Shown here: positions 10,288 through 19,140 of the stretch, one piece after another
Position numbering within the stretch: position 1 is the stretch's first letter
Layout of the letters: every line of letters begins with the position of its first letter
Origin: an uncultured Chloroflexia bacterium
GTDB taxonomy: Bacteria > Chloroflexota > Chloroflexia > QHBQ01 > JADMIH01
Direction: 5' to 3'
DNA: 64,000 nt
Assembly (NCBI GenBank): GCA_963797095.1
Contig: CAWCNY010000005.1
Location: forward strand, 608,001 to 672,000
Position numbers and translations under genes: made by a program
The notes under the pieces: generated by a model
The model's database searches: none
What the model was told of the DNA's origin: nothing
The model's input: the letters and a program-made list of their open reading frames with translations, nothing else

Positions 10288-11391
10288 ATGAACACAACAA
10301 TGCAAACAAGAGGCATAGCGATTACAGGAGCGAACAGCAAGTATGACCAAGCGCTTACGCACGGGTACTTCGGCAGCGAGGCGACCGGGCTGAGGCCGGA
10401 CAGGATGACGATGGCTCAGGCACTGCAGTTGAAGGCGAACAAGTGGAGCGTGTTGGCCGCAAACGAGGCGGATAGTTATGCGCATCGTGCCGAAAGCGCG
10501 GGCAAGGCCAACAGCGTGGCGGAGTTGATCGGGCAGCAGGGCACGCAGATGAGCGCGTGGGCGGAACTGCTGGCGGACGCGGTGCAGATGTTCGAGTCGG
10601 TAGCTGCGAGTTGGACGCTGATGAAGGCGCTCGCCTCGCCCTTCGCGCTCATGTCAGATATTGACTTCCTGGTGCCGGAGCCTGTGGATATAGCGCGGAT
10701 AACGCTTGAATTGGAGATACGAGGTTTCCGGTTGTACAGATTCCGGTTGCTGGCACACCCACTGAAAGTGATGGCAGTGCCTGATAGACAGGACATCAAA
10801 CAGCCTCCGGCTATAGATATTTACCCGGACGGGATGTGGGTCAGGAAACATGTGATCGACGGCCCCGGAGTGGTGGAACGCAGGAACGCGGATGAGGTAC
10901 GGGGGATCAAGGTATATTCGCCAAGCCCAGCAGACGATCTTTATCTGGTGGCGACGCATGCTTTTTCTCATGGCGCGATTTCGCTCGCCGAATTGGACCA
11001 CGGGACACGATTGGCGGCGGAAGGCGGCAGTTGCTTCGATTGGGACCAGGTGGTTAGGATGGCGGAAGTCTTCGGCTGCCTAAACTCGGTATATGTGTAC
11101 CTGGGGCTGATAGAGAGGATATGCGAGGCGCTTGGACAGGATCGGGTTGTGCCTAAGAGCGTAGTGAAGTCGCTGGCACAGCGGGCGGTGAACAGGCCGA
11201 TAGAGGGTTGGCTGAAGCGGGCGGGCGAGAGTCTTGAGTTTCCACTGCGAGTACCGTTGTGGATCAGCACGGTTCGTTCGGCGCTCTATCATTTGCCGGC
11301 TGTGCTTGGAAAGCTTCGCCCGCGGGAACTGGTGATGGACGCTGCGGTACATGGGTTCGCGGTGGGCACGCACCTTATGAGGAGGGATTAG
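10288..11391 (+). CDS. nucleotidyltransferase family protein (NTP_transf_5-like)
   Basis: MK...MSDIDFLV, AIDIY, PSPADDLYLVATH, DWDQV. Confidence 0.65.
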   Translation: MNTTMQTRGIAITGANSKYDQALTHGYFGSEATGLRPDRMTMAQALQLKANKWSVLAANEADSYAHRAESAGKANSVAELIGQQGTQMSAWAELLADAVQMFESVAASWTLMKALASPFALMSDIDFLVPEPVDIARITLELEIRGFRLYRFRLLAHPLKVMAVPDRQDIKQPPAIDIYPDGMWVRKHVIDGPGVVERRNADEVRGIKVYSPSPADDLYLVATHAFSHGAISLAELDHGTRLAAEGGSCFDWDQVVRMAEVFGCLNSVYVYLGLIERICEALGQDRVVPKSVVKSLAQRAVNRPIEGWLKRAGESLEFPLRVPLWISTVRSALYHLPAVLGKLRPRELVMDAAVHGFAVGTHLMRRD

Positions 11392-11663
11392 TGAACGTCA
11401 AACGCACAATCGTTGACAAATCGCTTGGCGTGTTTGGGATGGCCGGGTGTGCCGGATTGGCGCTGGTGGCAGTTCGGAGTTTGGGCACGAAGAGTGTGGT
11501 TGGCACGGCTGGGGGCGGAATGTCGTTGCTGGCTTCGACCGTGATGTTCTACTTCGGATGGCTGCTATTGCGCTATCCCGCTGAGAGGCTGTCGGCGGCA
11601 AGGGATATAGCACGTGACGCCGAGAAGCAGGGCGGACCACTCACACCTCGTTGGAAAGGTTAG
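11391..11663 (+). CDS. small 2-TM membrane protein (~90 aa)
   Basis: GTG start after GGAGG, coupled to both neighbours; two hydrophobic helices. Confidence 0.6.
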   Translation: MNVKRTIVDKSLGVFGMAGCAGLALVAVRSLGTKSVVGTAGGGMSLLASTVMFYFGWLLLRYPAERLSAARDIARDAEKQGGPLTPRWKG

Positions 11664-12364
11664 ATAGAGAAATGCTTGGCGACCGTCTCATTATGATCTC
11701 CGGTATAGATGGCAGCGGCAAATCGAGCCACCTGTCGTGGATTGCCGCTGCGCTGCGCGCCGATGGACAGCCTTACAGATATGTGCGTATGCGCTGGTCT
11801 GCGTTTACCAGTTATCCCTTGCTGGGGGTTGCCCGAATGATGGGGTACGCACCGCGTGAGTACAACAAACGCTCGCAGAGCGTGGTGATCAAGCATCGCT
11901 ACGATGAGAGTGCGATGATGCACAAGCTGTGGCCGATGCTGTTCGCCTTCGATACTGCCATCAACGCCTCCAAGAAGGTGATACGGCCTTTGGAGCGTGG
12001 CGAGTGGGTGCTGTGCGATAGGTATGTGGTGGATGCAATCGTGGATGTGGCAGCTATGCTCAAGGACGAGAACCTGCTACGCGGCAAGTTCGCAGATAAG
12101 CTACTTTCACTGGTCCCGCAAGGCACGCGCAAGCTGTTTCTGGATACCGACCCTATGGTGGCCTTTGAGCGCAAGCTGGATATACCGGAACCGGAATTTG
12201 TGCTGTATCGCAGGCCGCTGTATGGAAGGCTTTCGGCGCTTACCCAAACTCCTGTGATAGATGGCAACCGATCTTATGAGAAGATACAGGAAGATATAGC
12301 CAGGATAGTGGGTTTTGGGCCGCTCGCCGAGCATAGAGGGGTTATCCCTGAGGGGATAGCATGA
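11651..12364 (+). CDS. thymidylate-kinase-like P-loop kinase
   Basis: SGIDGSGKSS P-loop, LCDRYVVD, FLDTDP..AFERK. Confidence 0.8.
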   Translation: MERLDREMLGDRLIMISGIDGSGKSSHLSWIAAALRADGQPYRYVRMRWSAFTSYPLLGVARMMGYAPREYNKRSQSVVIKHRYDESAMMHKLWPMLFAFDTAINASKKVIRPLERGEWVLCDRYVVDAIVDVAAMLKDENLLRGKFADKLLSLVPQGTRKLFLDTDPMVAFERKLDIPEPEFVLYRRPLYGRLSALTQTPVIDGNRSYEKIQEDIARIVGFGPLAEHRGVIPEGIA

Positions 12365-13734
12365 AGATGGGGTATCGAGTACCGAGTGCCGAGTACCGAG
12401 TGGCGACACCGGTCGGGGGCGCAACACCGAGCGTGCATAGCTCGCTGTGGATGCGGCTGCATTCGCGCGCGCCTCTGCTTGTCAGCAGCGGGACGGCCTT
12501 CCTGGGTACGACATTGACGGGGATACTGGGGTTTGTGTTCTGGGTGATCGCGGCTCGGCTCTATCCGGCATCGAGTGTTGGGCTCGCCAGCGCGGCAATC
12601 TCGGCCATGTTCCTGGTTGGGAACCTGGGAAGGCTGGGGATGGATTACGCCCTGGCGCTCCACCTGCCACAGCAGGGCAATAAGGAGCGGAGGCATACGA
12701 CCGCATTGGTGACGTTGGGCCTGGTGGGCATCGCAAGCGCGGCGTTTGGGCTGCTGTTCATCTTGCAGGGAGCGTTCAGCAGCGAGGTGCGCAACATGCT
12801 GGTCGAAAACGGCTGGCTGGCGGTGGGGTTTGTGCTGGCGTGCGGGGCGTGGGGGCTTGGGCTGGTGCTCGAACAGTTGCTGCTGGTCGGGAGGTATGGG
12901 GGACTGGTGCTGGGGAAGAACGCCGCCTTCTCGGTTGGACGGATCGTGGCTCTGGTGATCCTGCTGCCGCTCGCAGGCGAACGATACGGTATCGTGGCTG
13001 CTACGCTGCTGGGCGTGGGAGCGGGGGTCGCGGTGGTTTGGGCTGCGTTCAGGACCCGTATGGCCTATTCTTTCGGATCGATGCGGGAGAGCGTAGGCGA
13101 GGTGGCAAGGCTAGTTGGAAGCTCAGGCTTCGGGAACTATGTACCTGCGCTGGTGGCAGGACTGCCCGGCTGGCTCCTCCCCGTGACTGTGCTGGACCGA
13201 GCGGATAGCGCCAGCGCCGCCCATTTCTATACAGCATGGATGATAGTGACATTGGTGAACTCGGCACCGGCTGCGCTGGCTTCTGGGATGCTGGCCGAAG
13301 GGTCGCGTGTACGCGAAAGCAGCCGAGCGCTCATATTGAAGGCCTATAAATACGCAGCAGTGGTGATGGTGCCAGCTGTGGCCGTCCTGTTTGTGGCGGC
13401 GGAGCCGATCCTCAGCATATTTGGGAGCGGCTATTCGGAGAGTGGAGCGGAACTGCTACACTGGATGGCGCTCGGCAGCATACCTTACGCGCTGGTGCAG
13501 GTCAACGCAATCAAGCTGCGTTTGGACGGCAAACTCGGCGCACTCGTTGTAGCGGCTGCTCTGCTCAGCAGCATCTGCCTGGGCGGCAGCTATTTCGCGA
13601 TACCGGTATTCGGCCTGGAGTCGGTTGGAATAGCCTGGATGGCAGGCTCGGTATTGGCTGGCATTGTGAGCATTTGGCCTCTCTTGCCTACAATCTTTAC
13701 ACGCGGAGAAAAGACACAATGGCTGCAAGCGTAA
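12361..13734 (+). CDS. Wzx/MOP-type oligosaccharide flippase
   Basis: LGFVFWVIAARLY, about 12 TMs, PILSIFGSGY. Confidence 0.85.
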   Translation: MKMGYRVPSAEYRVATPVGGATPSVHSSLWMRLHSRAPLLVSSGTAFLGTTLTGILGFVFWVIAARLYPASSVGLASAAISAMFLVGNLGRLGMDYALALHLPQQGNKERRHTTALVTLGLVGIASAAFGLLFILQGAFSSEVRNMLVENGWLAVGFVLACGAWGLGLVLEQLLLVGRYGGLVLGKNAAFSVGRIVALVILLPLAGERYGIVAATLLGVGAGVAVVWAAFRTRMAYSFGSMRESVGEVARLVGSSGFGNYVPALVAGLPGWLLPVTVLDRADSASAAHFYTAWMIVTLVNSAPAALASGMLAEGSRVRESSRALILKAYKYAAVVMVPAVAVLFVAAEPILSIFGSGYSESGAELLHWMALGSIPYALVQVNAIKLRLDGKLGALVVAAALLSSICLGGSYFAIPVFGLESVGIAWMAGSVLAGIVSIWPLLPTIFTRGEKTQWLQA

Positions 13735-14495
13735 AGTCTAAATCGAGATTGGCCGGTCGTAGCGACATCTACTTCTGTGCCCTGGGCGGCTTTTCGCTCG
13801 GCCTCTACGCGATACTCACCCATTTTTGGGTGATCGACAGGGGCCCACTGGGTGAAGTGCCCACAGCTATGCTCGGCGCGGGGTTGCTGGTATTTCCAGG
13901 GTATAGCCTATGCCGTGCACTGGGCCTTGACCAGCATGGGACGGCTGTGTTGGGTGGGCTTTCATTCGCGCTGAGTCTGGCATTGCTGGCCGTGGCAGGC
14001 GCGGGCGCGTGGCTCATGGTGCAAGAGCTTGACATTACAGCTATCGAGACAGCGGTGCTGGCTCTCACTATTAGCTTTTGCGCTGTCGCGGCTTTGCGCA
14101 GCACAGAGGTGGATGGTGCCCTGAAGGGCGCGCCTGAGCGATGGACCGCGTTGGGATTGGTGCTTGTTCCGCTCCTCGTTGGGGCGGTGGCATTCAGCCC
14201 CGACCTGCCGGTGACCGCCGCAGCACGGCACACCGAGTTCTATTTGAATACGCATACCACGCCACTTACCGTGGATATCTACAATGCGGAAGGCAGGACT
14301 GTAACTTATACACTGGTAGCAGACGACGGCCACAGGCAGGAGAGCATCGGACCTATTGACCCTGGGGTGGATGGGCGTTGGGAAGGCAAATCACCAATCG
14401 CACCACCCGTGGGAGGCACATTGCACCTGTACCTGTACCGCTATGGAACACACCAACCCTATCGCTTGCTGGTGATAGCGGGCGACAACCCATGA
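13719..14495 (+). CDS. DUF1616-like membrane protein
   Basis: FPGYSL..AL, SFALS, TEFYL, NAEGR..Y, PYRLL; N-terminal TMs plus a beta domain. Confidence 0.65.
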   Translation: MAASVKSKSRLAGRSDIYFCALGGFSLGLYAILTHFWVIDRGPLGEVPTAMLGAGLLVFPGYSLCRALGLDQHGTAVLGGLSFALSLALLAVAGAGAWLMVQELDITAIETAVLALTISFCAVAALRSTEVDGALKGAPERWTALGLVLVPLLVGAVAFSPDLPVTAAARHTEFYLNTHTTPLTVDIYNAEGRTVTYTLVADDGHRQESIGPIDPGVDGRWEGKSPIAPPVGGTLHLYLYRYGTHQPYRLLVIAGDNP

Positions 14496-14532
14496 ATGGG
14501 GGCCTAAAGGGAGGCAACGAGAGGTCACTAAG

Positions 14533-15531
14533 ATGTCTATACTACGCAACAAACCTACACTACCTTATTGGGGCTACTTGCTGGCGGCTACCGCCGGAGA
14601 GGTGGCTGCGGTGTATGTGCCACTGCTTGGGCTGGGTATCTACACGGCGCTCTTGATCGCCATGCTCACGCAAGGTGTGATGTCGCGAGATGATGACAGG
14701 TGCAACCTGGCCCTTGCCCTGGTGCCTGCGCCGTTGATCCGCCTCCTTTCGCTTACTATGCCTCTCCTTGATTTCCCGCGGGTCGCGTGGTACCCAATGG
14801 TGGCGGTTCCGCTGATAGTCGCGGTATGGCTCATAGCGAGACAAGCCGGCTTCAGTCGTGGCGACCTGGGCCTTCGGATCGGTAACCTGCCAGCACAAGT
14901 GTTGGTGGCACTTTTCGGACCGGCTCTTGGAATTATCGAGTTTGTCATCCTGAAACCCGCTCCGCTCACACGCTCGGAGGATATCTATGAGATCGGGTTT
15001 TACAGCCTGGTGCTCCTGATCTTCACCGGGCTGAACGAGGAGTTGATCTTCCGGGGGCTGATGCAGGCTGCCGCCGGGCGGGTGCTGGGCCGCAGCGCAC
15101 TTCTGTTTGTGTCAATCTTGTTCGGGGTGCTGCACATCGGTTATATGTCGGTGCCGGACCTCGTATTTGTGACGGGGGTGGGGCTTGCGTTCGCGTACCT
15201 GGTACGCTGGGGAGGCTCTATCCTGGGCGTCACCCTCGTGCACGGACTTACTAATATTACGCTGTTTATAGTAGCACCCCTTGCCCTGGCTGATATGGGA
15301 TCGGATGCCGCTACCAGCCTCTTTGCGGTAGCAGGAGCCGGGGTGTTGTTCGCGAGCATCGGCACATTTTGGATATATCGTTCGGCGCGCCGAGACAACG
15401 AGGCAGCTGCGCAACAGGAAAAACCCACCTATCTGGAGAAGCCCGGCGACCTACCAATTGCTTATGCAAGGTCGAAGTATGTAACCAAAATACTTACCGA
15501 CACATTGCTGGCTTCGATTGTTCAACAATAA
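14533..15531 (+). CDS. CPBP (CAAX/Abi family) intramembrane metalloprotease
   Basis: EELIFRG, FGVLH and HGLTN motifs. Confidence 0.88.
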   Translation: MSILRNKPTLPYWGYLLAATAGEVAAVYVPLLGLGIYTALLIAMLTQGVMSRDDDRCNLALALVPAPLIRLLSLTMPLLDFPRVAWYPMVAVPLIVAVWLIARQAGFSRGDLGLRIGNLPAQVLVALFGPALGIIEFVILKPAPLTRSEDIYEIGFYSLVLLIFTGLNEELIFRGLMQAAAGRVLGRSALLFVSILFGVLHIGYMSVPDLVFVTGVGLAFAYLVRWGGSILGVTLVHGLTNITLFIVAPLALADMGSDAATSLFAVAGAGVLFASIGTFWIYRSARRDNEAAAQQEKPTYLEKPGDLPIAYARSKYVTKILTDTLLASIVQQ

Positions 15532-15552
15532 CCCTGAGAAGGAGGTGATAAG

Positions 15553-15783
15553 GTGACCACAACAGTTACGACAACTACAGTTACTACCCTGGCGCAGGCC
15601 GCTGCACTGGGCGTGGTGGCGGTGATAATCTTGCTGGCGTTGTTAGCCAACAAGCAATTCATCGCCAACAGCTCGAATGAGCGCCTGCAACGACTGAGCA
15701 AAACGCTTAACGTGGCAATAGTGCCGTTCATGATAGTGTTCGCGGTAATTGCGACCGTCAAGTTTGTTACTGCACTAAGCTAG
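15553..15783 (+). CDS. small 2-TM protein with Thr-rich N-terminus
   Basis: Strong RBS AAGGAGGTGA; MTTTVTTTTVTT followed by two TMs. Confidence 0.8.
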   Translation: MTTTVTTTTVTTLAQAAALGVVAVIILLALLANKQFIANSSNERLQRLSKTLNVAIVPFMIVFAVIATVKFVTALS

Positions 15784-15825
15784 TTATGCATATGGTTCAA
15801 CATAGCCTGTGATCAAAGCGGTCAA

Positions 15826-15973
15826 GACATGCCCTGGCCATGCGAGCGTTTTGGAACGCATGGGAATGTCGCCTGACGGCAGGATAAAATATCGTTTGCA
15901 CCTTGAGTGTGGGGCGGGGAATGCCTCGCCCCGTGCAAACGCCAAACCAGCAGATCACCACAGGGGTGTGGTG
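15826..15973. other. cluster of hairpins including a REP-like palindrome
   Basis: CCATGCG/CGCATGG; CGTTTGCAC/GTGCAAACG enclosing GGGGCGGGG-AATG-CCTCGCCCC; CACCACA/TGTGGTG. Confidence 0.55.
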
Positions 15974-15991
15974 TTTTGCACAGTTGCAATC

Positions 15992-16028
15992 TTGCATCTT
16001 CTGTGTTAGTATTGTACTGTGCTAGCTG
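15992..16028 (+). promoter_or_regulatory. putative promoter TTGCAT-N17-TACTGT overlapped by 8-bp-phased TA sites
   Basis: TA at 16007, 16015 and 16023 (tgtTAgta ttgTActg tgcTAgct). Confidence 0.45.
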
Positions 16029-16106
16029 ATGAGGATGGGCTGGCGGAGACTCAGGCGTATAGCTCAAGCAATCAGGCTCGAGTAGCTCGAAAAGGCGAGC
16101 AAGAAG

Positions 16107-16742
16107 ATGATCTATGATTTTGGTCCGCGCGCTCAGTGGGTCTATACGGTACTACGTGAGCGAATAACAAGCGGGGAGTTTACGCCGGGGATGCGCCTGC
16201 CATCTCATACTGAGTTGGCGGCGGAGTTCGGCGTTGCGCCACTCACTGTGCGACAGGTGCTGTCGCGCCTCGAAGAAGAGGGAATCGTATCGCGCCAACA
16301 AGGGCGCGGTACTTTCGTTCGCGAACAAACCATCCCGGCGGTGCTGATCGCAGAGGACGACCCTGAAATGTCGGCTTTGCTCAGCGCTCACGTCCAGAGG
16401 GCAGGATACAGACCACTCACGGCATCTAACCCGGCGGATGCGATGCAGATACTACAGAACGATCAGAACATCGCACTTATCTTCAGCGACGTGCGAATGC
16501 CTGACCGGGATAGTGGCATCGACTTCATCCGCACGGTACGAAGGCGCTGGTCTCAACTCCCACTGGCCGCTGTAACCGGTTTTCCGGAGGATCTATCGGA
16601 GTTGCATGGCACACCCAAATCACCGGTGCTGATCCTACCTAAGCCTGTGTGGGCGCACCAGATACAGGAAGCCCTACGACTGGCCCTCCGCACAACCTAC
16701 AATAACATGAATTTCGAAAGACCTCACCAGCAGAACCCCTGA
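16107..16742 (+). CDS. GntR-family wHTH fused to a C-terminal receiver (REC) domain
   Basis: LPSHTELAAEFGV..TVRQ..L..EG....QGRGTFV, then AEDD, SDVRMP, VTG and PKP. Confidence 0.9.
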   Translation: MIYDFGPRAQWVYTVLRERITSGEFTPGMRLPSHTELAAEFGVAPLTVRQVLSRLEEEGIVSRQQGRGTFVREQTIPAVLIAEDDPEMSALLSAHVQRAGYRPLTASNPADAMQILQNDQNIALIFSDVRMPDRDSGIDFIRTVRRRWSQLPLAAVTGFPEDLSELHGTPKSPVLILPKPVWAHQIQEALRLALRTTYNNMNFERPHQQNP

Positions 16743-16838
16743 TACGCACACAACACATGCTTGATGAGTAGAAGATAAGCCATCGCGAAGTGTAATGGAA
16801 TAGATCGTGCTAACCCACTCCTTTAGATCGGGTCAGTT

Positions 16839-18983
16839 TTGATGTTGCCATCGTCCAACAATATATATCCAGAATCGAACACCTCCCAATCGATGGATAT
16901 GCTCCAGGCGTTGGTATTGGCGATCATGGATGCGCCCGACCGACGCTCTGCTTTAGGGGGCATAGTCAAGGAGACTTGTGTTCGAGCGGGCTGGGACTAT
17001 GGTGAAGCGTGGGTGGTAGAGGCCGATCAAGAGGGTAATAAAGACCATCTGCGCCTTGCCACAAGCTGGCATACAGGAACGCTTGAGCTCGAGTCGTTTG
17101 CCAGCTATAGCAGGAACCTCACAATCGAGAGTGACGGGCCGCTGGCCGGGCGTGCCTGGGCAACCCACGCGCCGGTGTGGATCAAGTCGCTTAAGGACGA
17201 ACCAAAGTTCCGTCGTGGTGCTCTGGCAAGCCGTGTAGGCCTGGTTGCGGGATTCGCAATGCCGCTCTTCACCGAACAGAGCATGATCACGGTGCTAACT
17301 TTCTTCATGACAGCCAGCGAAGAGAGAGACGAGGAATTCATCAATGCGCTTTCGCAATCGGGTCCGATGCTCGGTGCGTTGATGGAGCGTAAGCCTGATG
17401 GGATGGGGGCAGGCACAGGTCTCACGGGGCCGGAACTGATAGATGAGAATCTCAGGTTGAGCCAGGCGCTGCTGTCGAACTTAGTCAATTCGGCTATGGA
17501 CGCGATCATCTCCATAGACGAATCACAACGCATCACCCTGTTTAATCGGGCAGCCGAACAGATGTTCAGATGCTCGGCGGAAGAGGCAATCGGCCAAAGC
17601 CTCGACCGTTTCATCCCTGCGCGGCTTCAAGAGGCGCACCGTGATCTTGTGGCAGAGTTCGGTGAAACAGAGTCGGTAGCGGGGCTACGTCCGCATAGAC
17701 CTGTTGTGGGGCTGCGGGCCACCGGCGAAGAGTTCCCGCTCGAATCGTCTGTTTCGCACACTACAGTCGGGGGACGGAAAGTGTTCACTGCCATACTGCG
17801 GGACATCACGGAGCGGCAGCGCACCGAGGAGGCAAGAAGGGCACAAGTAGCCGCCGAGCAAGCCAATCAGGCAAAGAGCGAGTTCCTATCGCGCATGAGC
17901 CATGAACTGCGCACACCTCTCAACTCTATTATAGGATTCTCAGATCTGCTCAACATGGAAGGGCTCGCGCCACGCCAGCGCGAGAATGTGGGCTACATTC
18001 GGCAGGCCGGGCAGCATCTCCTCCAGCTTGTCAATGAGGTGCTCGATATCACGAGTATCGAATCGGGCGCGGTCAACTTTTCATTGGAGCCGGTTGAGTT
18101 GAACGATGTGATCAATGAGGCGATTGACCTGGTGCGCCCTCTGGCTGCCACACGGTTTGTGCAGTTCAGACTTGAGCCGATGCAGCCCGATCTCTACGTG
18201 CAAGCTGATCGTCAGCGGCTGAAGCAGATTCTACTCAACCTCCTGTCAAACGCTGTTAAGTATAATGTGGAGAGCGGCCTGGTCACGCTCACGGTGGATG
18301 CAGACGATGATGGTCCAATAGGGGTCAGTGTTTCGGATACGGGCATGGGAATCGACCCTGGGAAGATGAGCAAGCTGTTCATGCCTTTCGAGCGATTGGG
18401 GGCCGAACGGCTCGGCGCGGAAGGCACAGGACTGGGGTTAGCGCTCGTCAAACACCTGGTTGAGGCCATGAACGGCACTATTGGAGTGGAGAGCACGCCC
18501 GGCAAGGGAAGCACCTTTTGGGTTGAGCTGCCGCGCACGCAGGCGCAAGTAATGCCTCTGCGGAAACTTGGTACTGCGCCTATCGACACGTCCAGTCTTC
18601 CTGGTTACACATCGACCATATTGTATGTGGAAGATAATCTGTCGAATATCAGATTGGTAGAGCGTATTCTTGAGCACCGGCAAGGTATCAGGTTGTTGAG
18701 TTCTATGCAAGGGAGGCTTGCGCTCGACATTGCTCGCGATCACAAGCCCGATGTGATTCTGCTTGACCTGCATTTACCCGATATTACGGGCCAGGATGTA
18801 CTGCAAGCTCTCAAGAGCGACGCTACAACACATGACATCCCGGTCGTGATTATAAGCGCCGACGCCACACAGGGCACACTCGAACGCCTTATTGCAGCGG
18901 GAGCGCACAGTTATCTCACAAAACCTCTGGAAGTCAGACGCTTCCTGCGTGTTCTTGACGAGACGCTAACCTCCACGCGATAG
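16839..18983 (+). CDS. hybrid histidine kinase GAF-PAS-HisKA-HATPase-REC
   Basis: SRMSHELRTPLN, NLLSNAVKY, DTGMG, GTGLGL, YVEDN..LDLHLPD..KP. Confidence 0.93.
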   Translation: MMLPSSNNIYPESNTSQSMDMLQALVLAIMDAPDRRSALGGIVKETCVRAGWDYGEAWVVEADQEGNKDHLRLATSWHTGTLELESFASYSRNLTIESDGPLAGRAWATHAPVWIKSLKDEPKFRRGALASRVGLVAGFAMPLFTEQSMITVLTFFMTASEERDEEFINALSQSGPMLGALMERKPDGMGAGTGLTGPELIDENLRLSQALLSNLVNSAMDAIISIDESQRITLFNRAAEQMFRCSAEEAIGQSLDRFIPARLQEAHRDLVAEFGETESVAGLRPHRPVVGLRATGEEFPLESSVSHTTVGGRKVFTAILRDITERQRTEEARRAQVAAEQANQAKSEFLSRMSHELRTPLNSIIGFSDLLNMEGLAPRQRENVGYIRQAGQHLLQLVNEVLDITSIESGAVNFSLEPVELNDVINEAIDLVRPLAATRFVQFRLEPMQPDLYVQADRQRLKQILLNLLSNAVKYNVESGLVTLTVDADDDGPIGVSVSDTGMGIDPGKMSKLFMPFERLGAERLGAEGTGLGLALVKHLVEAMNGTIGVESTPGKGSTFWVELPRTQAQVMPLRKLGTAPIDTSSLPGYTSTILYVEDNLSNIRLVERILEHRQGIRLLSSMQGRLALDIARDHKPDVILLDLHLPDITGQDVLQALKSDATTHDIPVVIISADATQGTLERLIAAGAHSYLTKPLEVRRFLRVLDETLTSTR

Positions 18984-19140
18984 CCATCCGAATCCCAGAA
19001 AAGTAAGGCGAACCTCTAAGCTGGCAGCGAACCGTTAATCAGCATTTCAGATTATGAGACGCTTATAGCTTTACATTTCATTAAGAATTGGGTATGATTA
19101 GGACCGGGTACTATTGAAGGTATCAAGGTGAGCATGTCCA

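Noticed and set aside
11651-12364. Calling this gene tmk
   Set aside because: The glycan-operon context and insert argue against a housekeeping dTMP kinase.
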